From assembly GCA_037439785.1 (NCBI GenBank), contig JBBIVJ010000025.1, forward strand, positions 5,935-69,934: a stretch of 64,000 nt of DNA. Reading direction: 5' to 3'. The notes under the pieces were generated by a model, which saw nothing but the letters and a program-made list of their open reading frames with translations, did not search any database and was not told the DNA's origin. Shown piece by piece: positions 18,101-29,151 of the stretch. The stretch comes from Verrucomicrobiales bacterium (GTDB lineage: Bacteria > Verrucomicrobiota > Verrucomicrobiia > Limisphaerales > J093). The stretch's first letter is position 1, and each line of letters starts with the position of its first letter. The translations under genes and the position numbers were made by a program.

Positions 18101-19136
18101 CCACACCGTTGAGCCGCAGGTCCGCTGCGTCCACCCCCAGCACCGGTTTGTTGAAGCTCACCTCGATCTGGGTCAGCGACCGGACGGTCAGCCCCGCCGG
18201 CGGCTGGCGGAAAACCACCGCGGGTCCGTCCGGGTCCAGCAGTTCATACATCCAGGCCGAGCCGGCGGCGGCGGGGTCGAAGCGCTGCGGCGGCGTCTCG
18301 AGGTCCCGGATGGTTTGCAGCGGACCCCAGCGGACGGAGACCGAACCGTAGGCAGGTTGGGGAAAGCTGAAGGTGTAGGTCCGCCCGCTGCCGCTGACCG
18401 CCGCGGCCGGCTGGTCGTTGACCAGGAAATGCCCGGCCTCGACGCCGGTCACCGTCTCGCTGAACGTCACCGTAATCTGCGTCAACGCCGCCACCGGCCC
18501 CGGTTCGGGCTCGACCGCCACCACCGTGGGTGTGCCCGGCGTGCGCAGCGTGGCCGTCAATTGCGCATCCCACACCAGGTCGCTGCTGCCCAGGGTCACG
18601 TTGATGACCTGCACGGCCAGGACGTTCGTGCCCGCCACCAGCACCGTCTCGGGATCGGCCACCGGGAAGACCAGGTAGCCCGCCGGCTCAGGGGCGTTCT
18701 CGGTGGCCAGGGCGTTGAAGAGCGGCTCGCCCGCGGGCGCGCGCAGGCCCGCCACCGGCCGCCCGTTGATCCAGGCCAGGAAACCGTCGTCGCAGACCGC
18801 CGTCAGTTCGAGCGCCTCGACCAGGCCCGGGTTGGCCAGGGTGAAGGTGCGGCGCAGGTACAGCGTGGAATAGCGGTTCTGCATGTCCTCCAGCGCGGTG
18901 CCGGCGGCGAAGGCCGGCTCGCCGTAGACGAAGGGGGCCGGACCCTCGGCCCAGGCGGTGGCGGCAAAGGTCACGCCCCGCCAGGCGGCCAGGTCGCCGG
19001 GCGTGGGTTCGGCGGTGCCCTTGAAGTAGCGCCAGGTCGAGTTGGTGGCGACCAGGACGGCGGCCTCCTGGGCCCGAAGCGGCGGAAACAGGCAGCCGGC
19101 CAGAGCCAGCGACAGGGAAAGTAGACGGCAATTCAT
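12183..19136 (-). CDS. giant secreted protein with about 8 lamin-tail-like domains, a CotH kinase-family domain and calcium-binding (thrombospondin type-3-like) repeats
   Basis: 2317 aa with signal peptide 'MNCRLLSLSLALAGCLFPPLRAQE'. It has repeated LTD signatures (for example 'NELFAVGTDNQNPDWIELFNPGAAAVNLAGWRL'), a CotH-like block 'FNKYSFRLYF...LRAGMNDHTNPFLTDEF...FLNGVYKGYYN', and 'DADSDGDGLPDDWE...DGDPDGDGLGN' near the C-terminus. Confidence 0.85.
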   Translation of the reverse strand: MNCRLLSLSLALAGCLFPPLRAQEAAVLVATNSTWRYFKGTAEPTPGDLAAWRGVTFAATAWAEGPAPFVYGEPAFAAGTALEDMQNRYSTLYLRRTFTLANPGLVEALELTAVCDDGFLAWINGRPVAGLRAPAGEPLFNALATENAPEPAGYLVFPVADPETVLVAGTNVLAVQVINVTLGSSDLVWDAQLTATLRTPGTPTVVAVEPEPGPVAALTQITVTFSETVTGVEAGHFLVNDQPAAAVSGSGRTYTFSFPQPAYGSVSVRWGPLQTIRDLETPPQRFDPAAAGSAWMYELLDPDGPAVVFRQPPAGLTVRSLTQIEVSFNKPVLGVDAADLRLNGVAATNLTGIGAGPYLFTFPAGAAPAGPAQVTWQAGHGITSDSLVPHPFNGAGWEYTVNPAAPRPEVRLTEFMAENFTAHRDEEADPEDWIELHNAGATPVNLLGWSLSRDRDEPGQWVFPAVDLPPGGYLVVFASGKDRRPAGPGGRLHTNFKLIPEGGYVGLFGPELPRVAVSEVEYPVQGPDYSYGRERGDGAWKYFLPASPGARNGTSTITGAVAEVHFSARRGFFTRPFNLSLYCPTPGAVIHYTLDGSPPSLTNGAAYAGPIAITTTRMVRAAAFKSNALPSRVLTHTYLMNQPALRQRLPALSLVTASNHLYGSRGIMEPPNPRHRGPAWERPVSVEWIDPADNGGFQVDCGLRVQGGDYVRGNYNYKSGQLPFNKYSFRLYFRGEYGQGRLNVRLFPDTTQESFDTIVLRAGMNDHTNPFLTDEFVRSLARDVGQPAAVGTFVNLFLNGVYKGYYNPCERVDVDFLRAYHGGGERWDLIAQGGEVREGDATAWNSLRSFATSVNLTNAANYLELARRLDLTNFVDYLCPLIYADNDDWPHNNWRVARERVPGAPFRFYPWDAEWAFGLQGHSPTWNTIANQLSTTSPPWGTADIARLFNALKVLPEFKLLFADRVHKHFFNDGALTDARIRARYNTVRARLNGSISGFNDRIGSTWIPQRRRHVLDHLYRAGLLASSNAPAFSLPAGRAPAGYALTLTNLRGTIWYTTNGTDPRVMFSGAVAPDARACDPARPLILTGDLVLKARSLDGSEWSALAEAAYQVEALGLPVRFTEIMYNPPGGDAYEFLELANLGGTPVDLSGFTLEGVDFRFPEPFPALPAGARLVLANAANTKAFATRYPGVTVAGWFRGALANGGERLALLDRTGRVVTSVEYDDAGAWPPEPDGDGPSLEITDPAGDPDDPANWHASALPGGTPGLPNSTPAPPAVRLNELFAVGTDNQNPDWIELFNPGAAAVNLAGWRLFGDGTNVFTFPANTTVAGGSYLRLWCDPGGSPPGLRAPFALKRTGETLRLTDPQGRRVVAVTYGLQPPGYSVGRVGAAATWQLTEPTPLAPNEPAALAAAAQVVINEFLANAPAGEDDWIEFFNRDPALPAPLQGLWIGTSNALQQITALSYLAPAGFGVLRADGNPGPDHLDFRLPAAGDILVLYDPLGNERQRLTYKNALEAVSSGLLPDGTGPLTPFPGSASPGAPNYVVTSSTLQLHEVLARAGNYRRPGATVAADWIELVNLGSNAVDLAGYSLSVGTARSGQWTFPAGVRLPAGGFLVVDCDGARPASTSATPPLNTGRSLPNAGGEVDLFDPQGRLLDAVEFGFALEDLSIGRRDGTWQLLATPTPGAVNAAPATLGDPTAVRLNEWLAQTAGADWLELYNPQPLPVDLGRFRLSDDPSQAGQTNHVLRPLTFLAPQGYAVWVADGDTHQGPDHVGFRLDGLGETLRLYSPLSALVDSVDLLVQEPEVSEGRFPDGGTNLVRFPETPSPGAANYLPLDSVVINEVLSHTDPPWEDAIEVYNPGPLPVDLSGWQLSNSLEHWRKYRLPAGTILPAGGYRVFYEVQFNDPALGDRAFTLNSAHGDEVYLSATDAAGAFTGWRAVARLGATQNGESWGRVPTSAGVDFVPLRERTFGMDRPTSLEQFRQGTGRPNAGPRVGPVVISEILFQPVTTAGGIPVEVPGEEFIELHNPGPAPVALYDVNYPTNTWRVADGIQFSFPAGASLPAGGYLVLVSFNPQSNPDALAAFRTRYKLPEATPVLGPFGGRLANEGERLSLYRPDTPQQPPHPDAGFVPQLLVEAVNYRPAAPWPAGAAGTGLSLHRLDPAAYGNEPRHWRAARPNPGRPTPPPDADSDGDGLPDDWELAHGLNPDSAAGVDGADGDPDGDGLGNRGEFQGGTDPRAFSVRILGLRVTGNRLYLTFNAAAGRAYRLESRPVLGEGTWEVLTNVLPGSTGPLEFWVQLTASEPARFYRLVAP

Positions 19137-19334
19137 GAACGTGGTGCAGCCGACGCTATAGTCATTGTCCCCTGCCGCTCAAGCAACGTTTGTGCCGGCT
19201 CCCGAGACCGCCTGAAGGACAAAGGCCCCGCGCCGCGCCCCACAAACGGGCGCCGATACCTGCCACCCTCCGGCCCCGCGCCGCGCCGGCGCTTTGCGGT
19301 TGACGCACCCGCCGCGCGTGAAAGCCTTGAAGCC

Positions 19335-20642
19335 ATGCGCCACCCTGTCTTTGGGCTTGGGACGGCCGGGGCCTTGCTGGCCGCGGTGGAGGCGCCGGGG
19401 CTGCGGGCCGCGACCAATCCGGCGGCCGACCTGGCGACCCACGCGGCCACGTTCCGACGGGAACTCACCGAGAAGGTCCTCCCCTACTGGTACGACCGCT
19501 GCGTGGACTGGACACGCGGCGGCTACCTGCTGTCCGACGCCGCCGCCCAGCCCGCCCCCCCGGCCACGGAGAAAATGCTCGTGTCCCAGGCGCGGATGGT
19601 CTGGACCTTTGCCCACGTCCACCGGATGGGCTTCCGGGACGAGCGCCGCGACTACCTCCGCGCCGCCCGACACGGGTACGTGTTTCTGCTGGAGAAATTC
19701 CGCGACCAGGAGCACGGCGGCTACTACTGGCGCACGGATTTGACCGGCCAGCCGCTCAACGACCGCAAATACCTCTACGGCCAGGCGTTCGTGGTCTATG
19801 CCCTCGTCGAGTACCACCGCGCCAGCGAAGACCCGGCGGCGCTGCGCCACGCCATGGACCTGTACCGCGTCATCCAGGAACGCTGCCACGACCGCAAGCA
19901 TGACGGCTGGGGCGAGCACTACACCCGCGACTGGCAATGGCTCACCGTTCAGGACCCGCGCATCGAGGTCGAACGCGCCGGCCTCAAAAGCGCCAACGCC
20001 CACCTCCACTGGATGGAAGCCCTGTCCGAACTCTGCGACGTGACCCGCGACAAGGCCGTGCGTCGTTCCCTGATCGAGGCCCTCGAACTCAACCAAAAAT
20101 GGTTCTACCCCAAACGCCCCGGCCGCTCCGCCTTCCACCGCCAGCCCGACTGGAAACCGGTGACCGACCCCGAAAGCGCCGGCCTCTCCTACGGCCACAA
20201 CGTCGAGTTTGCCTGGCTCATGGTCCGCGCCGAACAGGTCCTCGGCCGGCGCCCCTCCTGGGGCCACTTCGACGCCATCCTCGAACATGCCCTCGCCTGC
20301 GGCACCGACCACGAACGCGGCGGCCTCTACCACCGCGGCTTCAACAACGAGCCCGCCACCGACACCGACAAGGTCTGGTGGAGCCAGGCCGAGTTCCTGG
20401 CCGCACTCACTGAAGGCCTCCAGCGCCGCGACAACCCCGCCTACCGCGAGGCGCTGCGCAAACTCCTCGACTTCCTCCGCCGCCACCAAATCCACCCCGC
20501 CGACGGCATCTGGCTGGACACCGTCGCCGCCGACGGCCAGCCCAAACGCACCGCCAAGGCCCACCAGTGGAAGGCCAACTACCACGACGTGCGCGCGGTG
20601 GTGAAGTTCCTCCAGGCCTTCGAACGCCCGGCCGGGCCTTGA
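19335..20642 (+). CDS. N-acylglucosamine 2-epimerase (AGE) superfamily protein, secreted
   Basis: 'VLPYWYDRCVD...GGYL', 'QARMVWTFA', 'GGYYWRTDLTGQPLNDRKYLYGQAFVVYALVEY' and 'WWSQAEFLAAL' are typical of the AGE (alpha/alpha)6 barrel. There is an N-terminal signal-like segment. Confidence 0.8.
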   Translation: MRHPVFGLGTAGALLAAVEAPGLRAATNPAADLATHAATFRRELTEKVLPYWYDRCVDWTRGGYLLSDAAAQPAPPATEKMLVSQARMVWTFAHVHRMGFRDERRDYLRAARHGYVFLLEKFRDQEHGGYYWRTDLTGQPLNDRKYLYGQAFVVYALVEYHRASEDPAALRHAMDLYRVIQERCHDRKHDGWGEHYTRDWQWLTVQDPRIEVERAGLKSANAHLHWMEALSELCDVTRDKAVRRSLIEALELNQKWFYPKRPGRSAFHRQPDWKPVTDPESAGLSYGHNVEFAWLMVRAEQVLGRRPSWGHFDAILEHALACGTDHERGGLYHRGFNNEPATDTDKVWWSQAEFLAALTEGLQRRDNPAYREALRKLLDFLRRHQIHPADGIWLDTVAADGQPKRTAKAHQWKANYHDVRAVVKFLQAFERPAGP

Positions 20643-20673
20643 GCGCCTACGCCCGCCGCGGCGCGCCACCCCC

Positions 20674-21096
20674 TCACCGCTCCGGCCGCTCCGGCCGCGC
20701 GTCCCGCGAAACTCCGGGGCTTTCCGTCGCCGCCGCCTGCCCCGCCGCCTGCGTCCGCTCCCGGGCCCGCACCTCGCGCCGCACCTGCAGGCTGGTACCC
20801 AGCGCCCAAAACCACGCCACCGCCGACACTCCCAGCCCCAGCGCCATCCCCGTCAGGCCGGCGGTGAATTCAAAGGCTGGCCCCTCGCTGGCCACCCAGT
20901 CCCGCAGCAGCCGGAACATCCCCCACACAAATCCTCCCAGCCCGGCCAGCGCCAGTCCGGCCTGCGCCCAGCCGACCCGCCGCCCGGCCACCAGGCTGCC
21001 CAGCCCCGGCAGGACCAGCAGATTGGTCCACAAACAGGCCCGCGCACTGGCCCGGTCAAGCGCGGCGGGACCGCGCGGTTCCGAAGAGGTCGTCAT
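20674..21096 (-). CDS. small integral membrane protein, function unknown
   Basis: 140-aa ORF with three hydrophobic helices ('LWTNLLVLPGLGSLVAG', 'GLALAGLGGFVWGMF', 'LTGMALGLGVSAVAWFWAL'). ATG 21096 overlaps the upstream gene by 41 nt. A TTG at 21033 is an alternative start. Confidence 0.45.
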   Translation of the reverse strand: MTTSSEPRGPAALDRASARACLWTNLLVLPGLGSLVAGRRVGWAQAGLALAGLGGFVWGMFRLLRDWVASEGPAFEFTAGLTGMALGLGVSAVAWFWALGTSLQVRREVRARERTQAAGQAAATESPGVSRDARPERPER

Positions 21097-22042
21097 AGGC
21101 CGTCATCAACACCGGCCAGGCAAACGGCAGGTTCAGCAGCCAGACCGCGTGCTGTTGCAACCCCAGCTCCGCCGCCTGCCGCGCCAGGTCCGGAAACCGC
21201 TCGATCAGCACCGCCCAACTCGCCGGCCCCCCCGGCCCGAGCAGGTCCGCCACCAGCCGCATCGTCGCCACCAGGCTGTACCCGGCAAAGACCACCGTGG
21301 GCAGAAAGGCCAGCAGCAGCAACCCCAGCACGGTGAAAAAACGGGGCCACACCGCCTGCCAGCTCGCGCGCAGGGCGGGTACAAAATCCAGGCCACCCGC
21401 CGCGGCCAGCGGCAGGCTGAAGGCCCACATCACCGCCAGGGAAATGCCGGGCACCAGCAGCAACATCAGCCCCAACTGAATGGCCACATCGGTGAAGACC
21501 CACACCAGCAGACAGGGCAGGAACCGGGCGCGGAAACCGCTCCAGACCCGCCCCGACCCGGAGGGCTGCCCGCGCACCAGGTCGAGCACCAGCACGCACA
21601 AACCCCCGTACAGCGCACCCGAGATCAACCAGCCGGTCAACGCCCCCGGCCAGCCCAAAAACGCCAAGCCGGTCGGCAGCAACCAGACCCAGAAACAGGC
21701 CGCCAGGATCAGCAGGGGGTGGCGGGTCAATGTCCCCCAGCCCCGGCTCACGCAATCCAGCACCCGCAGGGAGGGCCCGGCGCCGGACGCTTCGGCCGCC
21801 GTCTCCTGCCCGCCGGCACCCGTCCCTTCCCCCGTCGGTACGGCCGCGGGGGCGTGGAGCCGCGCCGCTTCGGTCAGGGTTTCCGCAAACTCCGGGCGCA
21901 AAAACAGCGGCTTCCACTCCGTCTCCCCCTCGGCCCGCACCAGTGTGCGGCCGTTGGCGCGGTGGTCCAGAATCCATTCCCGCAGTTGCTCCGCGGTCAC
22001 CGGCCCGTACTCCTGGCCATCCCCGCCGATCATCGTGAACAT
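21056..22042 (-). CDS. GYF-type (DUF4339-like) N-terminal domain fused to a polytopic membrane domain
   Basis: Start at 'MFTMIGGDGQEYGPVTAEQLREWILDHRANGRTLVRAEGETEWKPL', a GYF_2-like motif. It is followed by about 6 hydrophobic helices. Confidence 0.6.
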   Translation of the reverse strand: MFTMIGGDGQEYGPVTAEQLREWILDHRANGRTLVRAEGETEWKPLFLRPEFAETLTEAARLHAPAAVPTGEGTGAGGQETAAEASGAGPSLRVLDCVSRGWGTLTRHPLLILAACFWVWLLPTGLAFLGWPGALTGWLISGALYGGLCVLVLDLVRGQPSGSGRVWSGFRARFLPCLLVWVFTDVAIQLGLMLLLVPGISLAVMWAFSLPLAAAGGLDFVPALRASWQAVWPRFFTVLGLLLLAFLPTVVFAGYSLVATMRLVADLLGPGGPASWAVLIERFPDLARQAAELGLQQHAVWLLNLPFAWPVLMTAYDDLFGTARSRRA

Positions 22043-22074
22043 GCCGGCGAGTCTTCGGGTGGGGCCGGGGGGCG

Positions 22075-22848
22075 TCAAGCGCCGCGCCCGGCGGCCTCCC
22101 TCACGCGCGGCACGGCCTCCGCTGCGGCGGGGGGCAGATCGGTGAACACCCGCACCTCCGCCGCCGCACGCAGCACCCGCGCCACGGGCAGGGGACTGTC
22201 CGGTTGCCACGCCGCGGCCAGCGTCGCCGCCTTGCCCGGCCCGGACACCACCACCCAGAGCGCGCGCGCCGCGGCCAGGGCGGCGCAGGTCAGCGTCAAC
22301 CGCCGCGGCGGGGGCTTGGGCCCCTCCACCGGCACATACACCGCCCGGCTTTCCGTGACCGCGGCCGGCGCGTCGGGGAACAGCGACGCCACATGCCCGT
22401 CCTCGCCCATGCCCAGCAGCACCAGGTCCAAACGCGGCAGCGCCTCCGGCGGCGTGGCGGTGAGCGCCCGCAACTCCTGCTCCGCCTGCGCCGCGGCGGC
22501 GGCGGGGTCGGCCTCGCCCCGCAGGCGGTGAATCCGCTCCGCTGGCACCCCCAGAGGCGCGAACAGGTGCGCCCGGGCTAGGGCGAAGTTGCTCTCCGGG
22601 TGTTCCGGCGGCACGCAGCGCTCATCGGCGAAGAAGAGGTGCACCGTCGGCGCGGTCAGGGCGGACGTGCGGCCGGCGCGTTCGGCCGCCACCGCTTCCT
22701 CAAACAAGCGTGCGGCGAGGCGTCCGCCGGAAAGGGCGAGCGTGAAGACCGGCCGGGCCGCTGCGCGGGCCGCCACCTCTTCCCGCAAGCGGGCGGCCAC
22801 GGCCCGGGCCAGTGCCTCCGGCGTGGCATGGTGTTCCAGCAGCGGCAT
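22075..22848 (-). CDS. pgl: 6-phosphogluconolactonase
   Basis: 'TLALSGGR', 'FFADERCVPPEHPESN' and 'LVLLGMGEDGHVASLFP' are the hallmark motifs of the Pgl/NagB family. Confidence 0.85.
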   Translation of the reverse strand: MPLLEHHATPEALARAVAARLREEVAARAAARPVFTLALSGGRLAARLFEEAVAAERAGRTSALTAPTVHLFFADERCVPPEHPESNFALARAHLFAPLGVPAERIHRLRGEADPAAAAAQAEQELRALTATPPEALPRLDLVLLGMGEDGHVASLFPDAPAAVTESRAVYVPVEGPKPPPRRLTLTCAALAAARALWVVVSGPGKAATLAAAWQPDSPLPVARVLRAAAEVRVFTDLPPAAAEAVPRVREAAGRGA

Positions 22849-22851
22849 GCG

Positions 22852-22905
22852 GGATCGGGCGGATCGGGTGGATCGGGTGGATCGGGCGGATCAGTCAGAT
22901 CCTCA
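22852..22905. repeat. 9-bp tandem repeat GGATCGGGY x4 plus two degenerate units
   Basis: GGATCGGGC, GGATCGGGT, GGATCGGGT, GGATCGGGC, GGATCAGTC, AGATCCTCA. The last unit contains the lpdA stop codon, and the array ends 3 nt from the pgl start. Confidence 0.9.
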
Positions 22906-24294
22906 CACGTGCAGTGCCCGGCCGTCCACCGCCAGGGCGGCTTCCTTGAGGGCCTCGGCCAGGGTGGGGTGGGCATGGCAGACGTGGGCCAGGTCTTCAC
23001 TGCTCGCGCCAAAGGCCATCGCCGCGGCCGCCTCGGCAATCAGTTCCCCGGCGCGGGGCCCCAGGATGTGCACGCCCAGCACGCGGTCGGTGCGGGCGTC
23101 GGCCAGGATTTTCACCCGACCTTCGGTCCGGCCAAGCGAGCGGGCCCGGCCATTGGCCAAGAAGGGGAACACGCCCTTGCGGTAGGGAATCTGCTCCTGC
23201 TGGAGCTGTTCCTCGGTGCGGCCCACCGAGGCGATCTCCGGTTCGGTGTAGCAGACTCCCGGAATGGTGGCGTAGTCCACATGACCGTAGCCGGTGACCA
23301 GCCGCTCGACACAGGCCACGCCCTCCTCGGAGGCCTTGTGTGCCAGCATCGGCCCGCGGATGACATCGCCGATGGCGTACACGCCGGGGGCGCGGGTGGC
23401 GAAGTGTTCGTCCACCGGGATGCGGCCCTGGGCGTCGGGGGCGAGGCCCACGGTGTCCAGGCCCAGGTCCGCGATTTGCGGCACGCGGCCCACGGCCACC
23501 AGCACGCGGTCGCACTCGATCGGCTCGCCCCCCTCGATCTCGACACGGCAAGAGTCGCCGGCGACTCCTGCGCCGGTCACGCGAGTGCCGAGCCGGAACT
23601 CGAGCCCCTGTTTGGCCAGCCACTTCTGCGCTTCGGCGGCGATCTCGCCATCCATGCCCGGCACGATGCGGGGGAGGAATTCGAGCACGGTCACCCGCGC
23701 ACCGAGGCGGCGCCAGACCGAGCCCAGTTCGAGGCCGATGTAGCCGGCACCGATGACAACCAGATGCCGCGGCACCTCGGGGTAGTTCAGCGCCTCGGTG
23801 CTGGTGCCGACGCGGTCGCCGTCGAAGTCCACCCCCGGCAGGGCGGCGGGCCGGCTGCCAGTGGCCAGGAGGATGGTGCGGGCGGTCAACTCGGTGGTGC
23901 GGCCTTCGTGCTCGACCACCACCCGGCCCGGGCCGGCCAGGCGGCCGTGACCGGTGAAGCGGGTGACGCGGTTTTTCTTGAACAGCGCCTCGACGCCTTT
24001 GGTGAGGGCACCGACGACGGCCTCCTTGCGCCGGAGCAGGGCGGGCAGGTCCAGTTCGACCGCCCCCAGTTTGATGCCGTGGCGGGCCAGTTCGTGGCGG
24101 GCTTCGGCGAATTTCTCGCTGGATTCCAGCAGGGCCTTGCTGGGGATGCAGCCGATGCGCAGGCAGGTGCCGCCCAGCGCGGGCTCGCGCTCGACACAGG
24201 CCACGTGCAGGCCGAGTTGGGCGCCGCGCAGCGCGGCGACGTACCCGCCCGGGCCGGCCCCGAGCACCACCAGGTCAAAGGCGTGGGCGGACAT
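22903..24294 (-). CDS. lpdA: dihydrolipoyl dehydrogenase (E3)
   Basis: 'FDLVVLGAGPGGYVAA', redox-active disulfide 'GGTCLRIGCIPSK', and C-terminal 'HAHPTLAEALKEA'. ATG 24294 is preferred over the GTG at 24300. Confidence 0.93.
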   Translation of the reverse strand: MSAHAFDLVVLGAGPGGYVAALRGAQLGLHVACVEREPALGGTCLRIGCIPSKALLESSEKFAEARHELARHGIKLGAVELDLPALLRRKEAVVGALTKGVEALFKKNRVTRFTGHGRLAGPGRVVVEHEGRTTELTARTILLATGSRPAALPGVDFDGDRVGTSTEALNYPEVPRHLVVIGAGYIGLELGSVWRRLGARVTVLEFLPRIVPGMDGEIAAEAQKWLAKQGLEFRLGTRVTGAGVAGDSCRVEIEGGEPIECDRVLVAVGRVPQIADLGLDTVGLAPDAQGRIPVDEHFATRAPGVYAIGDVIRGPMLAHKASEEGVACVERLVTGYGHVDYATIPGVCYTEPEIASVGRTEEQLQQEQIPYRKGVFPFLANGRARSLGRTEGRVKILADARTDRVLGVHILGPRAGELIAEAAAAMAFGASSEDLAHVCHAHPTLAEALKEAALAVDGRALHV

Positions 24295-24296
24295 GG

Positions 24297-25601
24297 TCAC
24301 ACCTCCAGCAGCAGCCGGGCGGGGTTTTCGACCAGCTCCTTGACCCGGCGCAGGAAGGTCACCGCCTCGCGGCCGTCCACGATGCGGTGATCGTAGGTCA
24401 GGGCCAGGTACATCATGGGGCGGATGACCACCTGGCCGTCGCGCGCCACGGGGCGGTCCTGGATGGCATGCATGCCCAGGACGCCGCTCTGGGGCGGGTT
24501 GATGAGCGGGGTCGAGAGCAGCGAGCCGTACACCCCGCCGTTGGTGAGGGTGAAGGTGCCGCCGGCCAGTTCGTCGGGCCGGAGCTTGTTGTCCCGCGCC
24601 CGCTGGGCGAAGTCGGCAATGGCCCGCTCGATTTCGGCGAAGCTCAGCCGCTCGGCATGGCGCAGCACCGGCACCACCAGGCCGCGCCCGCCCCCGATGG
24701 CGATGCCGATGTCGAAGTAGTTCCGATAGACAATGTCGGTGCCGCGGATTTCGGCGTTGAGGGCCGGCACCTCCTTGAGCGCCTCGATGACCGCCTTCAC
24801 GAAGAAGGACATGAACCCGAGCTTGACCTGGTGGCGCTGCTGGAAGGGCTCCTGGTACTGCGCTCGCAGGGCCTGAACGGCGGTCATGTCCGCCTCGTTG
24901 AACGTGGTCAGCAGGGCCATGGTGTTCTGGGCCTGAACCAGCCGCTCGGCAATTTTGCGGCGCAGCAGGCTCATGGGCACGACCTCCTCCTCGCGGCCGC
25001 TGCCCGGGGCCGGCGGCGCGGCGGCGGCCGGGACGGAAGGCGCGGCAGCGGGGGCGGGCGCGGGTTCCGGGGCCGGTGGCGCGGTTTTGGCTTCGAGGAC
25101 GCGCTGGACGTCTTCCTTGAGCACGCGGCCGCCGGGGCCGGTGCCGGAGATTTCCTCCGCCTTCAAGCCGGCCCGGGCGGCGGCGCGGGCGGCGGCGGGC
25201 ATCACACGCGGTTCCCCCGCGGACCGGAGGGACGGTTCGGTCGCGGCGGGGCCTGGCCCGGCGGGAGCCGCCGGGGCAGCAGGGGGTTGGGCCGCGGCCG
25301 CGGCCTGGGCCGGTGCAGTGGGTGCCCCCGTGGCGGCCGCGGGCGGCACCGCCGCGGGGGCGGTGTCGGTCTCCAGGGTGCCCACCACGTCGCCCACCTT
25401 GACCTTGTCACCCCTGGCCTTGAGCTGGCGGACCAGGGTGCCGTCGGCGGGGGCGAAGATTTCCACGGTGGCCTTGTCGGTCTCGAGCACGACCACGGGC
25501 TCGTCTTTGCGGACAAGGTCGCCGGGTTGCTTGAGCCAGTCGCCGATTTCGACTTCGGTGACCGATTCGCCCACGGAGGGGACAGTCAGTTCGAGCGGCA
25601 T
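24297..25601 (-). CDS. sucB: dihydrolipoamide succinyltransferase (E2 of 2-oxoglutarate dehydrogenase)
   Basis: Lipoyl domain '[16 protein letters not shown]', an Ala/Pro linker, and catalytic '[17 protein letters not shown]'. Confidence 0.9.
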   Translation of the reverse strand: MPLELTVPSVGESVTEVEIGDWLKQPGDLVRKDEPVVVLETDKATVEIFAPADGTLVRQLKARGDKVKVGDVVGTLETDTAPAAVPPAAATGAPTAPAQAAAAAQPPAAPAAPAGPGPAATEPSLRSAGEPRVMPAAARAAARAGLKAEEISGTGPGGRVLKEDVQRVLEAKTAPPAPEPAPAPAAAPSVPAAAAPPAPGSGREEEVVPMSLLRRKIAERLVQAQNTMALLTTFNEADMTAVQALRAQYQEPFQQRHQVKLGFMSFFVKAVIEALKEVPALNAEIRGTDIVYRNYFDIGIAIGGGRGLVVPVLRHAERLSFAEIERAIADFAQRARDNKLRPDELAGGTFTLTNGGVYGSLLSTPLINPPQSGVLGMHAIQDRPVARDGQVVIRPMMYLALTYDHRIVDGREAVTFLRRVKELVENPARLLLEV

Positions 25602-25604
25602 AAA

Positions 25605-28490
<2,886 letters not shown>

Positions 28491-29085
28491 GGGGTTCGCC
28501 TTCACCATCCGTGGCCCCAGCCGGCGGGCAGGACGCCCGGAACTGGTGGCCGCACTGTTGGCTGAAACCGTCCGCCGGGCAAGCTTGGAACGATCCCGCC
28601 CATCCCACCAACCCGCCGGCAGCAGCAACTTCTGAGTGGCCGCGTCGTCCTCTAACTCCGACCTCCAATCTGCAGGGGTAACCGTTCAAGCCGGCCGCCC
28701 ACAGGAATGCGGGGGGCGGGCCTTGAAGGGATTGTGCCTCCCCGCACACCGGCCAGCCCCCTCCCCAAATGTCGGCGATCCGACAGCCTGAGGCCAAGCT
28801 ACGACTCAAAATGTTTATTGTGAGCATGTTGTGAATAGAAATCCGAAATGGCGGAGCAACCAACCTGCCTGACCAACCGGCATCTTGTCGTATCCAACTT
28901 GTATATCGAATGTTGCGAATAGAATCTTGCCTGGGCTTGGCGATTTTCAACCGCATCTTGTCGGAACTGCTGACAGGTAGGGCTTGGCGCCCAAGCGATT
29001 CAAGGTGTCGCAGTCTCGGCCTAATCTTCTGAACGCCAAGACAATGAGCATCCACATAGGTAGCTCAAGCCAGGTGGACACCCCC

Positions 29086-29100
29086 TGGCACGGTATTTGC
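29086..29100 (+). promoter_or_regulatory. sigma-54 (RpoN) type -24/-12 promoter
   Basis: 'TGGCACggtatTTGC' matches the TGGCAC-N5-TTGC consensus exactly. It lies about 50 nt upstream of ATG 29152, and a hairpin (TGTGCCGG-N7-CCGGCACA, 29113-29135) sits in the predicted leader. Confidence 0.5.
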
Positions 29101-29151
29101 CATTTTTTGGTGTGTGCCGGGTCAAAACCGGCACATACATATTAGGGAAAA

